Positions 13,228-26,100 of a stretch of 64,000 bases of DNA are shown here, in pieces; position 1 is the first letter of the stretch; every line of letters starts with the position of its first letter. This stretch comes from Takakia lepidozioides. Lineage: Eukaryota > Plantae > Bryophyta. Made by a program: the position numbers and the translations under genes. Under the pieces are notes generated by a model. The model saw only the letters and a program-made list of their open reading frames with translations. It was not told the origin of the DNA and made no database searches. The stretch covers positions 3,472,001 to 3,536,000 of the forward strand of contig CM060732.1 in NCBI GenBank assembly GCA_030704615.1, read 5' to 3'.

Positions 13228-16200
13228 TGAAGAGAGTGAGAGGAATGGAGGAAATCAGGGTGAAGAGCACCACAATTCTGCAGAAACAAACGATTGCTAC
13301 CCCACAGGCGATACAGATACTGGAGGAGCTGAGATTGCAAGGATTGCAAAGCCTAGATTGGACATTACACCATAGACAGTACATGTTACAATTTTTGCAG
13401 AACTTTGAGCCAAGGACAGGAACAACAACGGTGAAGGGAGTTGAATTGATGATTACTCCCCTATACCTCCAGCAATTGTTTCGATTGCCAGCAGGTCAGG
13501 TGCATGTGGAGGAACACAGGGCAAGACTGCAAATAGGGGACTTATTCCAAGAAGGGAGTTTCTTTAAAACTCAGGGTTATGCTTGTACCAAGGCTGTGTA
13601 CCCAGGGCTAAAAGAGGTAGGCCAGGTATTGAACGTTCTGATTGCCATGAAACAGAACCAACAGTATTTGAGCAGATCCTTCACAGAGGAAATACTCAAA
13701 GGCCTGAAGGGACAAGAGGTACAATGGGCGGACATAATGTACAACGCACTGGTGGAGGAGATGAAAAGATTACAAGGTACTACCGCAAAGTCTCCTATCA
13801 TAGTGTCTGGCCCAATCATTGCTCAAATAATCCTTGATTCTGGCATACTTGATGCGCAAGAAAGGAAATGGGAGTGTTTGAGCCAGAAACCACTGCAATG
13901 GAAGAGCAAGGCTCTTCACACAGTGAGGGTGGACTAGCAGGGCAACCCGAGACTAAGAGGCAGAGACGGGGAAAGACTGTAGTGGCGGATCCACTGGCTT
14001 CACGGATTCCGCATGATAATGTTTCCAAGCTCATGTGCAGGAAGGGGCACAGCAGCACAGAGAAATGCTATTACTGGAAGCAGGACCTTCAGAGAGGGAG
14101 GAGGAAGTTACTTCTGTATCACAACCATCACAGCCAGCTGATCGACTTGTCACAAGGTCACAAGTTGTCCATGCAGCTCAACCAGAAATAATTGATTTGG
14201 AAAGAGAAGGGTTAGATATTCCAACTACAGAACAGATAGTGGCAGAAATGGAGAAGGGGGACCTTCTCTATGAATATTCTGGTCTGGTCAAGGAGACAGA
14301 GATCCCAGAGGTGCAACAGTTGCCCAAGGGAAATCCTGAGGTGCATATAATACACACACCTGTGTCGGAGGTACCACAGGCGGAAGGTCATGACACTGTA
14401 GCACCGGTGATAGATGAAGTGGTTCAGGAAGAAAATCCGGTGGGACAATGGCCTGAATGGTTCGTGAGACATCACACTGTTGAGGATCAGGAGGAACAGC
14501 AGCAACCTCACCATGATGACCCTCAACAGGCAATGCTGATGAGTTCCATAGGCAGGACACTTAATTTGTTGGGGACTTATGTCAAATCCCATGTTCCAAC
14601 TACCCAATTGACAGCCTTGAGAGAGGAACTCAGGAAGGAGTTTGAGGCTCGACTAGCCACTGAGTGTGCAAACAAGGTCGATGAAGAGGTCACTCTCAAG
14701 ATGCAGCAGGACTTGGGAAATACAGAAGCGGCTTTGCAATTGGCCAAGGAACAATTGATTGAGGCAGGCCTCGCGCAAGACCAGTTGCACGAAGCACATA
14801 AGCAACAGCTATACCAAATGCAGGTGCAGCATGAAAGCAAGTTGCAAGAAGTGAATGCACTACATACGGAGTTGCAGACAGTGCATGACAGGATGGCGAT
14901 ACAATGTGCTACATTCACAACTATGCTTGACCAATCTACAAAAGAAATAAACAGTCAAGCGGAAAAATGTACGAAGGCAGAAGAGGAGAATGTTGAGCAA
15001 ATGAAACTCATTGTCGATATGAAGAATACAATCTGTCGCAATGAGGATACTTTCAAGCAATACAGGCAGGTTGAAGCTGATCAAGAGAAGCACATCGTGG
15101 AGTTGCAACAAACGATCATGGCCAATAGAAATGAAATCGCGGTCAATAACAAGGCTTGGAGGGAAGCTAATAATCTGGCTGCTGCCTATGCGAATTGGTT
15201 GAACCTCAGGCGAAGCGCATGGAGGCTTTACAACAGCAGTTAGAAGTGTACAAGCTAAGAGAGGAGCAAACTCTCAGGGGAACCACAAGCAACTTGGTGG
15301 ATAACAGCCTTATGCAGGTCTGGTTAGCACAAGGGCCAGTAGAGGGCAAAGCACCACGAAAGCTCACCCAAAGCGAGATGAATGAGCTCAGGCTGCAGGT
15401 GCAGAACATTGCCACAACTACTATAGACAATGTCTATAGTAGGATAGCAGAGTTACAAGAGGATGTAGACGGACTGCAGACTCAAGTGGAGGACCTCACT
15501 TCAAACATCGACAAAAGAGTCTATATCCCTCAGGAACAGCTAATGGCTTCTTATTTACAAGCCAGAACTTTGGCTTTTCAGTCTTCACAGGAGGTGCAGG
15601 AGATGCCAATGATACAAGAGCCAGTACCACCACCACCACAACAAGTCACTGTACCAGTAGCTGAACCTGTGGTTACTACAACCACACCACAGCCACCACA
15701 GCCTGAGGTATGGGGCAATGCTGCTTTTAACCCACCTAAAACTCCAGCTGCAAGGGAGTACAGTAGGGCTATGATTATGCCCTTCAACCAAATTCCCATC
15801 ATGTTGGATTTGGCTTGGAAAGAATTTAGTCCTCCGCAGTCATTCGCACATTACTACCAAATCATGCGTATTTGGCTGCCAGTGGCAACTAGGACTAAAG
15901 TTCTTCCGAACAATCGACATATTGAAGATCATCACTTTGCACAATACTGGCACGAGGCAGGTACCATGTTGAGGGAATTGATTGCTTTCCAGGTTGTACA
16001 TGGACTCATTTATACCAAGACCAAGGAGGTAGCAAGTATTGTCATGGGATGCGGGTTATACTACGCTGCTTGTTTTCTGGTACGTTATCACATTGAGCAA
16101 CAAAAGATGCAAACACGCTTTCTGAGTTATTCCAGTGGGGATCATTGGGTATTACCTTCGGTGCCACCTCATATGTACCTATATGACGCAAAAGTTATGA

Positions 16201-16756
16201 TGCAAAAGGATTCTCAAATTCGTTCATGGTTTCAAGCGGCCTGGAACAATTTGTCAACACAGAAATTCGGCATTGATGATATTTCTATAAGGGACATGTG
16301 GCATGGAAATACTTGCACGCTGCACCAGTAATTGGTACCCCACTCACCTGGACAGACAAGGAGCTCAGTGTCTACACCAATTTTGCTGTTCAGCGGTTAC
16401 ACCAAGTTGTAAAATATAAACTTCCAGACATGGTAGGACAGCATTGTATGCCCCAGATGATTCCACAAAAAGTTCGAAAATTAAAACACCTGAGAGGCGA
16501 TGAGGATTCTGATACAACTGTTTCTTCACCGAATTCTTTTGACATGGGAGAAGACTATGCAATTCAGATGGCGAGAAGAAGCGACGGGGGTCTCCTATGC
16601 CGGAAAGGTTACCTCGATATCAGCCTCCAGAGGGACTCACTTATCCAGGTAGTGACCAACCATCTCCGTCAACCAGAGACAGACCTAGGGCTCGTACACA
16701 CAGTCCGCCAAAAACTCTCAACGTCAAAAAGGTGCTCACTCACAAAGGTTTGCTAA
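13228..16756 (+). pseudogene. Extra 3' ORF of the Gypsy element: putative plant-transposon-protein-like domain, coiled coil and unknown C-terminal domain (about 3 frameshifts)
   Basis: Chain of overlapping ORFs 12729-13937, 13868-14191, 14035-15243, 15195-16331 and 16298-16756. The N-terminal part is conserved at protein level in copy 2 (18035-18733) and resembles 38565-38984. Confidence 0.7.
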
Positions 16757-16807
16757 TCGAAATCAGTAAACCGTGAGGACACGGCTTTTTGAGAGGGGAA
16801 AAGGTAA

Positions 16808-17644
16808 TGTTAGAGGACTGTCTGGGACTTAGACACTTAACGGGATCTGTAGGGTACCCTTAATTTTTGCACAGACTGAGACCAACAGGAGCCTTAGGGG
16901 TGACAGCAGCGCACTGTAGAGGGGGGTTACACAGCCCGTCACAGTAGTCACAGCCGACACAGCCAACACAGCCCGTCACAGTCGTCACAGCCGACACAGC
17001 CAACACAGCCCGTTACAGTCGTCACAGCAGACACAGCCGACACAGCCCGTCACAGTAGTCACAGCCGACACAGCCCGACACAGCCACACAGCCAGTCGAG
17101 CCCGACACAGCCAAACACAGTCGCACAGCCAGTCACAGCCCGTCACAGTTTCACACAGCCAGTCACAGCTTGACACAGCTGTCACGATCATAGGGAACGG
17201 AGAGCAGGACAGGGAACGACTGTGGGGAACAACACCTGCGAAGGGAACATGTTAGTTCACAGACGACGGTTAGTGAGGGAAACGGTTAGAACCACGGGTA
17301 GGAAGATAAAGGGAGAAGCGGGGATTTTGGGGATATCATTCGGTGGAGGACTTCTTGGTCATGGAGGAGAGGGGATCGGGCAGAGATTAAGAACGGAAGT
17401 GAAGATAGAGAGATGATGAGTAGATGCTTGTTATATGCAAGGCTGTAATGATATTGTAGAGCAGATTAGAGACACAATGGCTTCGGCCTGATACCTGATA
17501 AATCATAATCGGATACTTTTACGATACAATCACACTGTGTAGAGAGATCTGAGTGAAGCTGTGGAATGAATGGATGAGTTGATGAAATCCAATAGATTGA
17601 TAAAGCAAACTGATACTTAATTATCAATGGTAAGGTAGCTAACA
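16808..17644 (+). repeat. 3' LTR (~837 bp) with an internal CACAGCC minisatellite (16930-17185)
   Basis: Follows the PPT; inverted termini TGTTAG/CTAACA. The partner LTR is not in the window. Confidence 0.75.
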
Positions 17645-17807
17645 TGAATGCCAAAAGGGAAACAAATAGGAAACACCCCCATGATACACTAGCTGTAGGT
17701 CATGACTGATTGTTCTGCGCGGGCTGAGTACTTAGAGATTTCCAACTCTTCTATCTTGGAGTTTCCGCCTCGAATAGCGAAGGGATGGGTGAGTAAATGT
17801 CGCGCGA

Positions 17808-20800
17808 CAAACATTATCGTGCGGTTTCTGTGAAGCTAGTGGATCCGCCACTACAGTCATACCCCGCCTCTGTCTCTTAGTTTGATGTTGCCCTGCCAGT
17901 GGCCTCACTGTGTGAAGAGCCTTGCTCTTCAATTGCAGTGGTTGCCTCAAACACTCCCATCTCCTTCTTTTCCCGAGTATCAAGTATGCAAGAATCAAGA
18001 ATTATTTGAGCAATGATTGGTCCAGACACAATGATCAGAGACTTTGCAGCATGCCCTGTAACCTCTTCATCTCGTCCACCAATCCATTGTACATTAACTC
18101 CACCCAAGCGACATCCTCTCCCCTCAAAGCTTTCAGGATCTCCTCTGTGAATGACCTGTTCAAATACTGTTGGTTCTGTTTCATGGCAAACAGAACGTTC
18201 AAGATTTGGCCAACTTCTCTAAGCCCTGGGTACTCGGCCTTGGTACAAGCGTAGCCTTGAGTTTTAAAGAAACTCCCTTCTTGGAACAAATTCCCTATCT
18301 GCAATCTTGCCCTGTGCTCATCCACATCCACATGTCCTGATGGCAAATCAAACAATTGCTGCAGGTACTGGGGAGTAATTCTATATCTACTATCTACTCC
18401 CCTCACCTGAGTAACTCCTGTCCGAGGCTCAAAGTTATGAAGAAATTGTATCATGAATTGTCGATGATGCAAGGACCAGTCCTTGCGTAGCAATCCCTCC
18501 AATCGCAGCTCCTTCAGTAGTTGCACCGCCTGTGGTGTAGTAATCGTTTGCTTCTGTAAGATTGTGGTGCGCTTCACCTTGATATCCTCCATTCCTCTCA
18601 CTCTCTTCATTCTGGACAAACATAAAGGTTTTGGCTGCAACAAGTGAAGAAACGCCTGCAGGGCACAAAGCATAAAAGTATGGTTGGCGCAGAATGAAAT
18701 GGGTAAGTGCTTGTAAGCCTGTGGGGCTTGCAAGTATCGATTTAGAGAGAAAAGGTACTCTCCGTTCGTCCGTCCTTATGCCACTGCGTAAGTAGTAATG
18801 CGAGTGTATAGTCTGTTATTTCCACCATAGCTTCAAAGCTATAGCTTTGATTGTCTCTCCCATTGAGACGCCCGTTACTTGGAACGACGCCGACTCTTGC
18901 GCTCAGAATCCCTCTAAATTCTTGATCTTGCTTCTTGGAAAATACCCTCTGCAGGTAATTCTGGCTTATGATTGGCTGTTGGCTCTGTGATTGATTTTGT
19001 AATTTAATTTCCTTCCGTGGATTTTCCCCCCTGGACTGTCCAATAGGATAGCACATGGGCCAAGGATTTCGCTTTTCGGTATTTGTAAAGGGTTCCGTTA
19101 CCCGTCCCCTGTATGCATTAATGGGCCCACCATTCGTTTGGACTGTGTGTCGGGTAGGTACTTTGACGGCCGAATTCGTCTTCTATCTTGATGACACCCG
19201 TGGTTGCCATTCATGCCCGGCTATGTGTCTCGCCTTGGCGTCCACGTGTCCAATTCTAAACCTGCCTCCGTCCACTTTTCCGCCGGCCACTCTCCGGATG
19301 TTAACCACGTCCACCTGTCACTGATCCTATGGATGTGTAACCCGGTAGGCTGTGTTGAGCTGTGACAGGCTGTGTCATACTGTGGTACGCTGTGATAGGC
19401 TGTGTGTGACACTGTGAGGGGCACTTGTGGGCTGTGATAGGCTGGAGTCATGGTGTGGGGTGTGTGGTAGACTTGTTGATGGCTGTGTGACACTGTGATG
19501 GGCTGTGATAGGCTGTATGACACTGTGATAAGCTGTGATGGAGGCTGTTGTGGACATGCGTGGTAGGTGTGTGTGTGATAGGCTGTGTGGCACCGTGATG
19601 GGCTGTGTGATAGGCTTGGTCACACTTGTACTGCCCGCCCTGATCATATACGCTCGCCTTAGCGACAAGTGCTCCATACTACGTTGGTATCACTGGCGCA
19701 GCCCTTGACTGCTTTTGCGTTTGGGACATGCAAATCGTGCTTCAATGGTTGTCATGGATACCACTGTACCCCTTCAAGTATGGCATTGACTCTTCCCAAA
19801 CATCTCTTTGTTAATGGTTTGTAACATGGCTGTGTTGTTATCATACATCTTCCGTATGACATAAGGTCATTTCCATGGTGATTTAAGCTTAGAAGCTTTA
19901 ATCTTCTCCTTCTTCTGCAACCAGAGAACCAAATCTCCCGTCTAAAAAGTCTTTAATTTGTCTCATCAAATTGTTCCTTCCTCTTCATTTGAATTCTGGT
20001 CATGTTATCAGCTGCATCAGCACGTACTTCTTCCACATGTTATAATTAATGTTTCTTGACCTTAATTGAATCTTCCAATTCCATTCTCTTTCCCCATTCG
20101 TTCTCATGGTAGGTAAACAAGAATTCCACTGGAAGTAAAGCTTCCATACCATAAACTAATTGGAATGGTGTTTATACTTAGTGGTGACTTTATATGAAGT
20201 CCTGTATGACCACAAAGCTGTCAGCAGCTTGGTATCCCAATCCGTTCTGTTTGCATTTGACTATCTTAGCCAAGATAGTACATAGTATTTTGTTGGTAGC
20301 CTCTGCCTGCCCATTACCCTGGGGTAATACTCTTCCTATGCACAATCATGAACTCTTTAGTATAGTTCAATGGTCTATTAAATGAAGTGACTTCCCTGGT
20401 CAGAATAAATTCCAAGGGACAGCCAAATCGTGTAAGTATGTTCTCATACAGGAACCTTGCTGTGGACTTGTGTGTTGTCCCTCAGAGCTTTAGCTTCCAC
20501 CCACTCGTAGTATAATCAGTGGCTGTGATGTGATTATATACTTGTTCTGTGTATTCTTGGCTGGTGGGTTAATTGGTCCAACAAGTCTAGTCCCCATTTC
20601 TGAAATGGTTCAGTGGCATTGTAGGATGCAAAGCCATCTTCACCAGTCTCTGCAAAGGTCCTAGCCTCTGACATTCATCACAACTCTGACAATACTTGTG
20701 TACATCTTTGAACAAAGTAGGTCACCAGTAACCTGCATGTAGTATATTCCTACTGGTAGTCTCTTCTCCAAAATGTCCTCCAGCCACTCCTTTATGAACT

Positions 20801-23012
20801 TCCTCCAAAACTTTATTTACTTCTTGAGAGGGCAAAAGAGAGGGCAAAAGAACAGGCGAGACAGAAGGCTAGCCAGGAGGCAAGAGAAAAGGCCACTGAA
20901 GTCAAACCTCTAAGATATTCATATTATGGAGAGAGGGTCAAATCTTTGATAAAGTCATATTGTAGAGAATATGTCAAATCTATGAAGGTTGACTTTAACA
21001 AGTATCTTTGATAAAGTCGTATTGTGAAGAATATGTCAAACCTAGGAAGGTTTACTTTAGGAAGCTTTGACTTGAGGCTCTCAAGTCAAACCTGTACTCC
21101 ATCAGGTCCTAGTTTATACATTCTGCCCCCTACCATAGTATAAGGTAAAGCCTTGATAGCGATTCTCTTCCTCTGCTCCTTACCATAACTAGGTGGGCAC
21201 TGACATGGTAAGGTAGTATCTGATTGGCCAATGCCAATCTAACCATTCATCTGTACTTCCTTGCACCTCCATTGCAAATAAACTCGCATCAGGTAATTGA
21301 TCGTCTACTCCTGTGGCGGGCTCTCCTGTTGTTAGGCGTGACAAATGATCTGCCACAAGATGCAAACGGCCAGGCTTGTAAACAACTTCGAACTCAAACT
21401 TGTGCAAGATTATTAACCACCTCGCTATCCTTCCACTTATCAAAGGTTTGTTCACCAGATATATCAGAGCCTGGTGATCCACATAAAACATAAACTTTCT
21501 TCCCAATAGGTAATGCCTGAATTTCTTGACTGCATAAATCTTTGCCAGTGCTTCTCTTTCAGGTGTGCTATAGTTCCTTTCAGCACTGTTCATCAACCTG
21601 CTAGCATAGTACACAAAGTGAATCTATATTTCCTGTAACATTCGGGGCTAACCCCTCCCAACGTTCTCCTGAGGCATCACAGTGAACATGAAATACTAAA
21701 TGCCAGTGAGGGTTAATCAGCACAGGTGTAGTTGTTACTGACAATGTAAGTTCCTCAAAAGCTGTTGACATTCAGCTGTCCATGCAAACACTGATCTTTC
21801 TTCAGAAGCTTGCTCAATGGTGCTGCTATCTGTGCATACCTTTTGACAAATCTTCTGTAATAACTGGTTTGTCCAAGGAATCTCCTTAGACTTTTAACAT
21901 TTACTGGTGGTGGAGAGGCTTTAATGGCCTCTGTCTTCCTGGGATCCACAAGAAGTCCCCTCTTACACACAATGTGTCCCAAAAGCACCCTGAGTTCACA
22001 CAAAAAGTACACTTCTCTGGATTCAGGCCCAGACCTCTCATCCTGCATCGGCCAAAACATAACTCCAATTTATGCAAGTGCTCATCTTAGAGCTGTACAC
22101 ACTGAAATCATCAAGAACACCTGCATGAAATCATCCAGATACTCATGAAAAGATTCACTTATCAATCTCTGAAAGGTTGCCTGGTGCATTACAAAGTCCA
22201 AAAGGGCATGACTTTGTATGCATAAGCACCCCAGTCTGTGATGAAAGCCATCTTTCCCTGGTCTTCTTCTGCCACTTGCACTTGATTATAACCAATGAAG
22301 CCATCCATGAAGGGAATGAGTACATCTCATGGCCTGCCACAGTGTCCAATACCGCTTCTGTGAATGGCAAAGGGAAAAGATCTTTCTTCGTGCAAGCATT
22401 CAACTTATTATAGTTCACACAAACTCTCAGTTTACCATTCTTCTTGGGAACTATCACAATGGGTGACAACCAAGTTGTATACTCTATCGGGTATATAAAC
22501 TTAGCCTCAGCCAACTTCTTGATCTCTTCTCCAACCTTCTGTGCATAGTTGGGATTCATTCTGTACCTTGAGTGTTTTTGATTGATACTGATTCTGGTTC
22601 CAATTCATCTTTATGCTGACAGATCTCAGGTGGTATACCTTTAGATCCTCGTAGCTCCAAGATAAATCTCTATATTTGATGAAACAAACTCTTAGCTTCC
22701 TCAAAGAATTCTGGCTCCAAATCAGCCCCTACCTTCACCATCCTCGGTTCCTCTTCAGTTCCTACATTCACTTCTCTCACCTGCTCATCAGCTGTGATTG
22801 TCCAACCAGTCACACTTCATCCTGTAAACTCACAGTGGCTGGTTCCTCTAGGAATTTCCATTTCTCCTTCTATTTCTTCATAAAAAATGTGGTGGGGGTA
22901 ACTGACTTATTTCACCTTCAAATGGTGTTGCTGTCACTACACCATAGCAGATACCTTTTAAACAACTTAGGCCTTCCAGCTGCATCTCTGCAACCTGCTC
23001 CCACTCTGGGTG
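17808..23012 (-). mobile_element. Same Gypsy family, copy 2, inverted, truncated and heavily frameshifted
   Basis: Reverse-complement homology to ~9120-14022 (RT, RH, INT, minisatellite, start of extra ORF). Cut at 23013 by the MULE left TIR. Confidence 0.92.
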
Positions 23013-23199
23013 GGGGGCTGCTATTTCATGAGCGGCATGAGCATGAGCGGAAAAAAAAAAAAGCATGAGCGGGCCGAATTGTGTCCACGGAAATAGGGTT
23101 GAGGCACGGAAATAGGGTCATGTGGACTCGTCATAGCAATGAAATGCAACATTTTATTGCAAATTTGGTTGGAAAGCCACGTCTATAAAAGTGTGTCCT

Positions 23200-26100
23200 A
23201 ACTGTCATAGCAGGAATGGGAACTACTCCTACCCTTCGAGGAACTTGGCCCTCCTTCTTCCTCACCCCTCACCCCCCCATCCTCCGAGCTCTGTGATGCA
23301 GCGCGGTTGCACTATGCCTCTCAAAAATGCCGTCCTCTCTTGGGGGACGTCCACCTCACTCCGGGGAATCTTCTGCCTCTTCTCCCCCACTTTCCTCAGC
23401 AGAATCCAACACAAATCTACGAGCCCGCGGGCTCTAATAGCTGTTGCCTCCTCCTCATCTTCATTTTCTTGAGGCTTGGCCTTGTCTAAAATCTGCTGTA
23501 CACGAATAGGGTCGGAACACCTCCTAATGGGACACCGAAGCAAGCGGGCAGCATAAGTAGGAAGGATGTAGTCCCTTTCTGGACTAGGCATGAAATCCCC
23601 CCTGGCAAAATAGGCACATTCCTCCTACCCATGAACTCCGGTTGTAGACGTCCCTCCTGCCGTACTTGGCATCCTACAGTAAGAACAAATCCACTTCAGA
23701 ATGTCAATACCAGCAGAAGCAGAATGGTTTTCAATGAAATAAGAGAGCGAAGGGAGGTGCCTCACGAAATCGGAGGCAACTTACCATGCGACCACTCACT
23801 CGTACACGGGGGCTCCTCGGCCTCGATCCCAACTTGTTCCTCCCCCTGCTCCTTCTCGGATTTTTCCTCCTCCTCCGAGGATGCCTCTTCCTCTTTCGGC
23901 AGACGTTCAGCCGCTGCTGCAAGTTCCGAATTGTGGAGGGCAGTCTGGCTCGCGAAGGCGAAAAACATGCCTGTCGGACAACGTTCGTCCCTGCCCACAT
24001 TGAAGCCACCTAAGGAACAAAGCGGGCGGTGGTTAATAGCTTGCGGCATGCAATTGCAATAGGCCAGGGACAAACTGAGCACGTGAAGGCTTACCCGTGC
24101 CGCATGTGAGGTCCAGAATCCGCCCTTGGATATCGGAGCACGTCTCCATGAGGGTTTGGATGAAAGCAGGGCTCCGGGTCCGGCTTGTACCACCACGGTT
24201 TGCCTGGTTTTGTGTCCTTCGGCATACTGGAGTGGGGCACATAGTTGTAGAGGACATCGTAGGTAACAGGGTCCACAGCGGCATCAAACAAAATGACCAT
24301 CGTTGCGGATTTGAACGTAGACCCTCTCTTCACAAAGCAATATGCCTCAAACACCAATGTCTGCACACCCAACAAAAATAGGGATCAACTCCGGGATCTT
24401 GTTGTTAGATACACCACAATATGAGGTGAATGCAATAGATTGATAACTTACACTTGGGCCCTCTATTCGCAAACCCCTGTGATATGATGCAGAACCATTT
24501 TCTGAGGAGGACGGGGTGACACTTTTCGGTGTCCACCTTGCCCACCGCATTCTCTGTGGTCTTCCCTTTGTGGCAAGGACAACCACACATCCACCGTCAT
24601 CCAGAAGCATCCCCGCCAGCCAAGACCCGCTTTCCAGTCGTCCTCAGTAAAACCTATTCCAGGGGGCACACCATCCAGGCCCTCCAGCAGGCTCCCCATA
24701 TGGAATGTCGAGGAGAATCACTCGCAAGCTCTCTCCACCTCAAACCCCCCCCCCCCCGAGTGCTCTTGCAATCCGGCTCACAGCCGTGAAGAATTCCATC
24801 ATGGCTTCAAAAACCAGGGGTGTCTGAGGCTCTGTATCGGCAGCCCTCTTCTTGGCTTTCCCCTTCTGCTCCGCCAGAGACTTGCTGTGTGCCATTCTTC
24901 GCCCTGGCAGCGAGAGCGTCAAGGAAGCTCTCATTGACGCATTGGATGATGGTTGGAGGTTCTAGCTTTGGCCTGTGCGTAAACGTCACCGCACCGAATA
25001 CAGCCGTGTAGGCTCGCCCTCAAATTGCAACTTCTGGCAGAGCAAGTCCCACTCCGAATGACTTGGGAACCGGACGACGGTGACTGGGTAGCAACAACAA
25101 CAGTCGCAGGACCTTGAACAAAGTCGTCGTCCGAGTTCCACTTTTGGGTCCAATCCTGCGCCTGCTCCGATGCCCGATGGTTTTTGTTTGTTTGGTGTGT
25201 TAATGAAATCACCGGTTGGCTTGTCCTTTTTACTTTGGCTTTACTCTTCATTCAATTTCTCCTGAATTCCGGCCGGAGCAAGCTCTGCCGCTTTCCGGAG
25301 TAGCAAGCGCTTTTGCCTCTTTTGCACCAGCGGCGTCCGGCAGCGGAGGCCCGGTTTCGTCGGGCCTCAACATCCAGCTTCAATTGAAATCGGATGGGTC
25401 GGAGGCATGGCGGGCGAAGGTCCACATACCAAGGGCATCACTTTAATGTACCAGATGCCACTCCTTCACAATAGCATCAGTGTACATGGAGTCAGCCCAG
25501 GGTTCTCCATGCCAGGAAGAATGGTGGCTCGAAAGACAGATGACCTTTCGCCAAAAGGGAGAAACTTGGTACCTGATGAAAAAAACGAAACTTGCAGTAC
25601 CTGCATTTTCATGAAAAAAACACACTGAGGGTCCCTTGAACTGCAAATTCGGCACCATTTTCCCAGGTTGGGGCGGATTGGACTGGGCCTATAGAAATGG
25701 AAAAAATGGCGCTGAATTTCGGTTTTCGATGACTGCCACCCTAGGGACATCCATCTTGGGAGCCTTGAACTGGAAATTCGGCGCCATTTTCCCAGGTCCG
25801 GCCCGAAAATGGCTAAGTCCCAGAACGGCAATAGGCCCAGAACTGGAAAAATGGCGCCGAATTTCCAGTTCAGGGCCAGCCACCCTAGGGACTTAGCCAT
25901 TTTCGGAGCCCTGACTGGAAATTTGGCGCCATTTTCCCAGGTCTGGCCCGAAAGGGCTGTCCCATATGGCCTTGACCTGGAAAAATGACGCTGAATTTCC
26001 AGTTCAGGGCTAGCTACCCTAGGGACTTAGCCATTTTCGGAGCCCTGATCTGGAAATTCGGCGAAAAATGCAAGGACTGAAAGGAAGGCATCGCGTATGT

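Larger units (their letters stand above)
8066..17644 (+). mobile_element. Non-chromovirus Ty3/Gypsy LTR retrotransposon, copy 1 (5' part cut off by the MULE)
   Basis: PR-RT-RH-INT order, extra 3' ORF, PPT GAGAGGGGAAAAGG (16791-16804), 3' LTR TGTTAG...CTAACA. Confidence 0.9.
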
